Below are positions 39,032 to 47,113 of a stretch of DNA of 47,113 bases, piece by piece (within the stretch, counting starts at the first letter, position 1; each line of letters starts with the position of its first letter). Origin of the DNA: Chara braunii (Eukaryota > Plantae > Charophyceae); NCBI GenBank assembly GCA_003427395.1, contig BFEA01000010.1, positions 5,566,608 to 5,613,720 on the forward strand, read 5' to 3'. The position numbers were made by a program, and so were the translations under genes. The notes beneath the pieces were generated by a model that did not search any database, was not told where the DNA came from, and saw nothing but the letters and a program-made list of their open reading frames with translations.

Positions 39032-39649
39032 AACCGCGTCCGGCTGGGCAGTTCGCGGGATTATTTCTGCATCGTCCTAAGTTGTCTCTAGATATTTTTT
39101 TGTTCCAACTCCTGCGTGACATAGCCGGGAGGGCCCTCGTTCACGCGAGGGCCGATGCGCTGGACAGCGGTCTTCGCCGTTCCCCAGTCTTAGAAATCTT
39201 TTATTTTGATTCGGAACAGCAAAGAATCATGCAAATGTTAATCATAAAATTCTAGTATGTTATGCATGCACAAATTTTGCCAATTTTTTAATTTTGAGAG
39301 TTGTGACAGAATCTTCAAAGAACGCAATCATCAAGTACAGACAATACAAATGGAGCAAAACTGACCGGCTCGAGCAATGACAAGACAAATTAGGGAAGAA
39401 TGAGAATTCATAATAGTCTCAGACAGTATATATGGAGAGAGCATGACCAGTACCAGTCAAGAGTCCTCACTCATCCCTCTGAGTCACACACTCATTTTTT
39501 TATTTTGCTGTGCGTTTTTTCTGCTTCGAGCCATGTCTTCGTATTCCCTGAGGTTGTGGAATCTGGATGTAAAGCCACCTGAAGCCTGCGAGTTCAGAAC
39601 ATTTTCAACCAAGTCCCATGATTCGGAATTCAACCATAGCACGTAACTC

Positions 39650-40663
39650 CTCCCACAAAGTAGGCAGACTGCGGCTAAACAGTCTGTGCAGCCATAGCCA
39701 AGACACACACATGAAATCGAAAAACTGAGTTCCGAAAGTATGTGAACATGCATGCAAAACTGCGAAAGAGCAACATGTGGCGCCCCTCTACCAGTTTCAC
39801 CCGCCCACACGAGATCATCAGGAGGGTAACTCTGAAACAGAGTCTTCGTGCTCGAAGAGGAGACTCTAGCCGTGCCTCCTGCATTAAGTAGTTTCCTCCG
39901 CGTTACACCCTGTCTCCATCCGATGGAGACAAGAAGTCAAGTACCTACCGACAGAGATCTAAAATAAGTAAGCATAGAGGTTGCCGTACGTTACTCTCGC
40001 GACTGTTCAGCGTAAGTCGACTCCTGTCCCCCATAGGTTGTCATAACCCCTATTGCATATTCCACGCCCTCTCTTATCCCCGTGAGTGCCCTGCTAAAAC
40101 TACCAATTGGGCCCTATAGGCCGGTCCTGTTACACGTTTTTGCTGCCCCAATTCAAAACTCGTCATTTCCTAGTCGAAAACTGGCCTCGGTATTTCAAAA
40201 ACGACCAAAGGGTCGGTGCTCCGAGAGTTCCCGGGCTCCGAGAGTTCCCGGGCTCCCGCACCTTCAAAATCCGACTATCGAACCGTCGGTGATGCGAGTA
40301 TCTTAAACTAATAAAGTATGACCAACAAAATAATCAAAAATAACAAAACTCCGCCCTTCCCGAGGATCAAAAAACCCCGTCTGGATTCCTCGGAACCTGA
40401 AATTACCGAAAAAGACTGCATAAAGAGAAAACAGAAAAACAGAAAACAGAAAACCCTTCCCGTAAAATAAAGTGAAAAACATACCACCCTCAGCCGCTGT
40501 CAACGGTTCGACAGCGAGTCCGTCTTTGAATGGGAACCGCCCGAGGAGCCACCCCGTCTATGTTTCCTTGCGTGATTCGCGGTGTACGAGAAGGCTGAAG
40601 TCAGAGTGTGTAGTGCTCGATTAGGCACAGCCTTGGCCAAGTTGGCCAGGGCACCGAGAGAGA
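39650..40663 (-). repeat. 3' pseudo-LTR
   Basis: From CTCCCAC..AGTAGGCAGACTGCGGCTAAACAG to GCCAAGTTGGCCAGG.CACCGAGAGAGA; highly similar to 45561-46593. Confidence 0.95.
39776..39826 (-). ncRNA. Minimal type I hammerhead ribozyme (3' pLTR copy)
   Basis: Minus strand CCCTC-CTGATGA-TCTCGTGTGGGCGGGT-GAAA-CTG-GTA-GAGGG..CCACA. Confidence 0.8.
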
Positions 40664-43403
40664 CCTCCAGGGGTTACCCCCGGAGGTCTGCTTCACAAAC
40701 CGCGAAGCCGATGGCACCTAATACCAGTTCCTTACTCGTTGCCTGGTCCCATAGCCTCTTAATCATCGTGGTCAATACCGCCTTCTTGACCGATTTAGCA
40801 GAGTAGGAGTTGGAGTCCTGCATTGTTTGGTATCGCATAACACCATCCAGATGCAGACTCTCCGAGTTCTTCGTACTCAGGATATAGTGCAGTCGAATTG
40901 GTGGTTGACAGATCATCATTTCGCCTCCCACAAATTGCCAGGTCATGCCACAGTCATCCTTCCGTACGATCTCCAGGTTCTGGTTGTAGATGCCTTCAAA
41001 CGCGGCGAACAAATCTTCCTATTGTATCATCTTCTGGTCTTGTTCCCGTACTCCAGTGATCACCGAGATATCATCCATGACCCGCCAGCCTCCAATCAGT
41101 CTTCTATCCCCGCCAAGCTCATTTATGAATCGTAATTCGGCCATCGCGCATGTGATTGAGGCAAGTATCGAACTAGTTGACTTGCCCATCGGTATCCCAA
41201 ACACCTGCTTTACTATCTTCTCTCCGCATCTCACCACAGTGTGTCTCAGGTCGTACTTCACGCCTTCCAAAATCAGTTTCAGCTTCAAACTCACACAACC
41301 GTCCATCTTCCTCCTGTTGTTGCTGATGACACAGATCTTCCCCCTCCGCGATACTCTAACTTGCTTGCAGCCTTTATCCTTATAGAGTCTGAGCAGGTGG
41401 TGCACTGCTTGTATCACCGTTTCGTGTGGTATACGGGAGAACATGTCCTTGATGTCATAGCACCTCCCGATCGCACTGTCGCAGCCCGCGACTCTCAGAC
41501 GTATTGCAGTGCCAGCTAGCCTTTCCCCTAGTTCAGCGATAGAGTTCAGGTAAAAGGTACTGTTCTCAGGTAGTCGTTTCCGCAGTTGATGCAGAGCCCG
41601 CGCCACACTCCGATGTGTCATCGAGGCTGGGTCTGCGGGTGCAGGCGCAATCGGCCTCCACCGTGTGAGATCCTTGTGCTTGGGGATCACATACGCGGCC
41701 CCCAAACGACCGTCCGGTTTCCAGGTCCCAATCGCCTGAAGTCCGCTCCTCCTGAAGTCATCTCTGCTCTCTTTAAGGACGTCCGCCTCCGCCTCACAGG
41801 TCCCCACTGCTTCGTAATTCGTGTTCCAAGAGAATGTCTTACCGAATCCATGCCGGTAAAGTACGGGGCACAGTACCGCCGTGCCACCTTGATTGCGGTC
41901 TATAGGTGTGAGCACCAGGCCATCTAGATACACCTTCCAATTGAGCACCTCTTCATCCGTCCAGGTTGTACTTGGTCTCTGTTCGCCGATCAGCACCTCC
42001 CTTGGTTCAATCTCTAGAATCTCCTTCACCTTCAAGTGTTGGGTCGCTAAAAGTACGGCCTTAGCCAGTGTGTCTGTGCTGATAGCTCTGGCCGGTTTGG
42101 TCACATTCTTGGAGTTCCTGACAAAGGTAGGTACGTCCATCTCCGAGAAACTCGTTGATACGTGTCCCTCCAATTTGTGCAGATCCAAGTATCTACACGG
42201 GCAAGGGTACTCCTGCATATTCGCATATTTCTTCTGGTTGTGCAGCAGCTCCGCCACCGTCCAGTTCTTTAGCCACAGGACACGACTTCTGGTCTTCACG
42301 AAATCCACAAGAGGTTTCTCCTTAATCGCCCTATCAATTGCTTGCTCCGCCAAGCTCCTTACACCATTCTTCCGGATACGTGAGTCAAAGGGCAGTTTGA
42401 TGTTAACCCTCTTTCTCACGGTCACGCCCGTCTTCCGGGCTATGACCCGATCCAGCTTCATGCGCAGTCGGTGCTTCGTTCCCTTATCACTGAATAAGCC
42501 TGCAGTCTTATAGAGGCCGATGAGCTTCTTTGTAGGCAGAGGCTGCAGTCTGGAATCCGGTCTCGGCCTCTTGAGCAGAGAGATCAACAAGCTCCTATTA
42601 CGCTCGGTCGTGGTCTTTGACTTAATGATTCGCTTGAACCGCACCTCCCCTCCCTTTTCCAATGCCGCCTTGGATACGCCGAGTCTCGATACTTCTCCCC
42701 CAATCACGATTTCAGAGCCCCCGAAAGCTCGCCTAATTCTCCTCCAGCCGTCTATCCAGCTATCTCTGCTAGCAAACTGTACCATTATCTCCCTCCCGTC
42801 AATGTGTTCCGTCAGCCAGCTAAGGACCAAAGTGATATGCATCCCCTGGTATCCCATCATAGTCACTCTCTGCAAGCGTATTGTTCTCCTACATCCGCCT
42901 CTCTCCCGTCTGCCCTTCCTCCATCTGCCCTTTGACAGTTTCTCTTTTCCGCCCTTTCCTCTATCCCTCGAGTTCAAGCTAGGATTAAAAACCGAAATCA
43001 AGTGCTTCTCGAAAGCATAGTCATCCGTGCTATTTGCGTGTCGTAATGGTATCACAACATACATATCCAGTCCAAATCTACGGAGCCATCGGTACAGCTG
43101 CGGCGACTGTCCAAGCGCATTGCTTCTCGTATTCCTACAATGCTCTTTCCACCTTTGGATGATCGGTTTCACCGTACAGCCCACGTATACCTTCTTGGTC
43201 CACGGGCTAGCTAGAGCGTACACGCCCCCGGTGTCCAAATCTAGCAGGCTGGGCAGCTCCTGAGTAATCGTGAGGTATTTTGTTAGCCAAGGGACTTGCC
43301 CCTATGCAGCCAGCAGTAGAGTAGTACAAGTGATGGCGCATTCCACCTTCCGTACCATTTCGCCTGTCACCTCCCGCCCCCATAGCCACGCTCTTTCAGC
43401 CAT
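40500..43403 (-). pseudogene. GIY-YIG endonuclease + reverse transcriptase of the Penelope-like element (longest open part 41019-43238)
   Basis: GIY-YIG GVYALASPWTKKVYVGCT..RWKEH..E..LI..FNPSLN. RT PIDRN, YVIPKHK..RWRPI, YDIKDMFSRIPH, QVFGIPMGKSTS, WRVMDD. The thumb continues in frame past stops at 41021 and 40676 (LRG*P where LRGYP is expected) to TGA at 40502. ATG at 43403, with a TAG at 43304. Confidence 0.92.
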
Positions 43404-43454
43404 CCACGAGCCAAGAAGATTCCAGAGTTCTGCGCGGGTAGGGGGAATTAATCG

Positions 43455-44656
43455 TTATTTGGAATCCTCCATCGGATGCGTCGATGCCGAATGTATGATG
43501 ACCGGTACCGGTCTCGCGGTTGGTCGTTCGGAAGTGGTCTTGTCTTTCACGAACTCCTTACGCGGTGAGCAAGATGCTTTCGTCTTGATCTTCACCGCCG
43601 TGCTCCCCGGTGTTTCGTCGAAGCCGTCGTATGCTAGTTGAACTTGGTGTCGCGCAAGTATCTCCACAGCTTCCGGTTTCTTCGTTTACTTCAGTCCCTT
43701 CTGCTCGCATAGCTTCCTCAGCACGTCCGCTTTCTTGCTGGAGTAAATCTTATGAGCTGAGATGCAGTAATCGATGAGTCCCGTTTGTGAGCACCCGGCT
43801 GATAGACCCTTGAAATTGCCAGTCAAGGGCGTCTGAGGTTCACCATCGATGCCAGGTTCATCCTCCTGTCTCACCGGCAGTTGCTTGGAGCTTTTGCCCC
43901 GTTTGTAAACTCTACTTGGCGGTGTGCGTTCTGAAGGTCTCTTGTCCTTATCCTTCTTCGGTTTCGCTTTCCGCCTCGATCGTTTCACAGTGCGCTTACC
44001 GCGTGCCTTCACCCGCGCTCTGGTTCCTTGCGTGTCAGAGTCACTAGTTGACGAGTCTGATACTTCTTCATTGGATGTATTCTCTGATTCCGACTCCTCG
44101 CTCGACGACTCCAGTACCTTCTTCTTCCGATTCTGGCCTATCTTCCGTTTGGTTCCACTCCCACTTTTCCCAGTGTGCTTCTGTGTCGATTTCCTAGTCT
44201 TCTCAACCGCTTCCTTAGCTTCCGAGTTAGTTCTCCTCCATTCTTCTAGTTGCTCGGCGCGTAGTTGTAATCGAAACTCCTCCGCCTTCTGCGCGAAGTC
44301 TTGGTTTCTACGTATCTCATCTTCCTCCTTGGCTTTTCGTTCTTCCTCCAATCTACGCTTCTCCGGTAGTTCATGTCTTTCCTTTCGAAACTGCCGAAAG
44401 TGCTCCTTCATTTCTTCTAGCTCGGGGTCGCCTTGTTGTAAACTATAGTTTCTCCCTCTCTTCGCCCAGCAATCACGAGCGAAATGTCCGATCTTTCCAC
44501 AGTTAAAACATGTGTTGTTGCCACCCCTCCCCCTCCGCCTCCCCCTCCACTACCGTATCTGTTACCACCCCCATAGTTGTCGTACGCCTATCCCTTGGGC
44601 GCGTTATTGTAACCACCTCCCCCTCCTCCGTCGCCCGGGCCGTTCGTCAGCAACAT
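43455..44656 (-). pseudogene. Gag-like/nucleic-acid-binding region: Gly-rich, CCHC zinc knuckle, coiled coil, Lys/Ser-rich, SAP/HeH-like helix
   Basis: CFNCGKIGHFARDC at ~44511-44470 is in frame with ORFs 43686-44411 and 43455-43667. ATG at 44656 (MLLTNGPGDGGGG), with a TAG at 44590 and one frameshift in the G-run near 44530-44550. KKADVLRKLCEQKGLK*TKKPEAVEILA looks SAP-like. Confidence 0.75.
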
Positions 44657-44729
44657 CCTGTCTACGCCTATCCCTTCGGAGAATCAGCCCGTCCGTCACC
44701 GTCTCTCCGGATAGTGCGTGCACCTCCCG

Positions 44730-45183
44730 TTATCTCTGTCCCTCACTCTTAGCTCGTACTCGATCTACGTCGGCCTTGAAGAATCGTATCAGACTATCGG
44801 AACTACCCTCCAGATAACCCCAATTCCCGGCAGCTAATCAGACGTATGACCGTGCTTTATCGGAGTATACTTGGCTTCGAAGCAGATCGCATTCCTTACT
44901 ATCGGAACTACTCTCTCCAGATATCCACAACTTCACGGTAGCTAACCTGCCGCCTCGTACGTAACACTAACACGGTGGTTTCAATTCTGATCAGCAAGTC
45001 CATCAGCTTCTCATATAAGGCCATACAAAGTGCTTCGTTATTAACGTATCCTATCAGGTAGTGCATAGGCTCAACAGTATCCCTCACGTACTCTTCAAGC
45101 GCTTGGATAAGCCTAGTCCGTACGGTGGAACGCCTCCTGTGTATCTCGCACCTACCGCCGCATCCAGCACATGGCGTCGGCAT
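44730..45183 (-). pseudogene. Upstream ORF of unknown function inside the PLE
   Basis: ATG at 45183, MPTPCAGCGGRCEIH..RLIQALEEYVRDTVEPMHYLIGY..LYEKLMDLLIRIE. A plausible frameshifted continuation ..ECDLLRSQVYSDKARSYV*LAAGNWGYLEGSSDSLIRFFKADVDRVRAK runs to TAA at 44732. Confidence 0.5.
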
Positions 45184-45560
45184 CTCGTCAGAAAGCGGAA
45201 CCTAGTACTAAGAGCCCGACGCCGATAAGTATAACGCCGAGCCCATACAGCAGAGACCATATGGCTGTCGCTCTCCTCATCCCTTCTGTGGGTTCACTCG
45301 GATCGCTCCTCGTCCGAACCAGCCGTCGTGGCCGTTTCTAGCGGCTAGTAAGACCCAGCTTCTCCGGATTGCTTACCTTTGTGTGACCCCTCCGCTCACG
45401 CACCCGCCGTCCGTCGTCACAGTCACCTCATCATGTTACCTCTTACCGTGTCCTGATATCTGCTCTGCAGGTAGCCACGTACCCAGCAGGCGAAGTCATC
45501 CCAAGTCACCGAGTTGTCGAGGTAGCCACCAAGCAGCGCGTGCAGCTGACGGTTACTACG

Positions 45561-46585
45561 CTCCCACGAGTAGGCAGACTGCGGCTAAACAGTTTGTGCA
45601 GCCATAGCCAAGACACACACATGGAATCGAAAAACTGAGTTCCGAAAGTATGTGAACATGCATGCAAAACTGCGAAAGAGCAACATGTGGCACCCCTCTA
45701 CCGGTTTCACCTGCCCACACGGGATCATCAGGAGGGTGACTCCGAAACAGAGCCTTCGTGCTCGAAGAGGAGACTCTAGCCGTGCCTCCTACATTAAGTA
45801 GTTTCCTCCGCGTTATGCCCCGTCTCCATCCGATGGAGCAAGAAGTCAAGTACCTACCGACCAAGATCTAAAATAAGTAAGCATAGAGGTTGCCGTACGT
45901 TACTCTCGCGGCTGTTCAGCGTAAGTCGACTCCTGTCCCCCATATGTTGTCATAACCCCTACTGCATATTCCACGCCCTCTCTTATCCCCGTAAGTGCCC
46001 TGCTAAAACTACCAATTGGGCCCTATAGGCCGGTCCTGTTACACGTCTTTGCTGCCCCGATTCCAAACTCGTCATTTCCTAGCCGAAAACTGGCCTCGGT
46101 ATTCAAAAACGACCAAAGGGTCAGTGCTCCGAGAGTTCCCGGGCTCCGAGAGTTCTCGGGCTCCGAGAGTTCCCCGGCTCCCGCACCTTCAAAATCCGAC
46201 TATCGAACCGTCGGTGATGCGAGTATCTTAAACTAATAAAGTACAACCAACAAAATAATCAAAAATAACAAAACTCCGCCCTTCCCGAGGATCAAAAAAA
46301 CCCCGTCCGGATTCCTCGGAACTTGAAGTTACCGAAAAATACTGCAGAAAGAGAAAATATAAAAACAGAAAACAGAAAACCGTTCCCGTAAAATAAAGTG
46401 AAAAACATACCACCCTCAGCCGCTATCAACGGTTCGACAGCGAGTCCGTCTTTGAATGGGAACCTCCCGAGGCTCCCGAGGAGCCACCCCGTCTATGTTT
46501 CCTTGCGTGATTCGCGGTGTACGAGAAGGCTGAAGTTAGAGTGTGTAGTGCTCGATTAGGCACAGCCTTAGCCAAGTTGGCCAGG

Positions 46586-46593
<8 letters not shown>
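45561..46593 (-). repeat. 5' pseudo-LTR
   Basis: Direct repeat of 39650-40663 that merges into (GA)n at 46591. Confidence 0.95.
45686..45738 (-). ncRNA. Minimal type I hammerhead ribozyme (5' pLTR copy) with palindromic stem III
   Basis: Minus strand CACCCTC-CTGATGA-TCCCGTGTGGGCAGGT-GAAACCGGTA-GAGGGGTG-CCACA. Intact core, ACCGGT palindrome, GUA cleavage triplet. Confidence 0.85.

Positions 46594-46652
<59 letters not shown>
46591..46652. repeat. (GA)n microsatellite
   Basis: Seen directly. Confidence 0.97.
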
Positions 46653-46654
<2 letters not shown>

Positions 46655-47113
46655 AAAAAGGAAGAACGATCGAAAAGTTCGTCGTTTTTTTCTGCTTTTG
46701 TTTTCCTTTTTTTTTTTTTTCAAAACATGTGCGCCATAGCTATACTGTGCACCATTTTCTTTTCTCGACTCTTGCCACTGGCCATGGCAGAGTCTTGACT
46801 GTACTCTCCCTCTGTCGCACACCCATGCGCACACCCACACACTCTCTTGGCCACACTCTCTCTGTAACGCCCAGGCACGCACACACACACACACACTCTT
46901 TTCCCCTCTCTCTCTCTGACACACATGCACACACACAGACACATGGGCAAACTTCATCCCATCTGTCTCTCCGCCTGTGTGTGTGTGTGTGTGTGTGTGT
47001 GTGGGGGTGGGTGGGTGGGCCTCGCTGCACTACTCTCCGAGTGTGCAAAATGAAGAATTAATCCTCCGGTAGAACAGGAAAACTGCTCTTCCCGTAGGAT
47101 AAACTATGGGCTA

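Larger units (their letters stand above)
39650..46593 (-). mobile_element. Penelope-like retroelement with permuted domains (GIY-YIG then RT; Chlamys/Naiad-type), with pseudo-LTRs and hammerhead ribozymes
   Basis: ~1 kb direct repeats (39650-40663 / 45561-46593) lack TG..CA ends. The ORF carries GIY-YIG and RT, and its C-terminus runs into the repeat. A hammerhead is present in each repeat. Confidence 0.93.

Noticed and set aside
40500-44656. Reassigned TAA/TAG genetic code explaining the in-frame stops
   Set aside because: At least one stop falls where Tyr is expected (RGYP), a 739-codon stretch has none, and a frameshift shows ordinary decay.
39650-46593. LTR retrotransposon or group II intron/homing element
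   Set aside because: No TG..CA ends, PBS/PPT, protease, RNase H or integrase. The repeat overlaps the ORF end and carries a hammerhead, as in PLE pLTRs. No group II domain V was seen.

Overview
Repeat-dense eukaryotic nuclear DNA. The microsatellites, N gaps and element types suggest a streptophyte alga such as Chara; this is inference only. One convincing host gene is present: a NEDD8-specific/SENP8-like C48 protease (22587-24002, +). The rest is mostly mobile DNA. (i) A near-complete minus-strand Penelope-like retroelement with permuted domains (39650-46593): GIY-YIG endonuclease N-terminal to RT, ~1 kb direct pseudo-LTRs, and a minimal hammerhead ribozyme with a predicted pseudoknot in each pLTR. 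It also has an in-frame Gly-rich/CCHC-knuckle/SAP-like region and a further upstream ORF of unknown function. (ii) An older decayed element of the same architecture (25761-31367, -). (iii) A decayed hammerhead with the same pseudoknot at ~5.3 kb. (iv) Two decayed Ty3/Gypsy pol fragments, one with a chromodomain. (v) Several MITE-like elements. (vi) Notable foldback structures: a 103-bp-arm hairpin and a five-unit palindromic array. No tRNA, rRNA or CRISPR features were seen.
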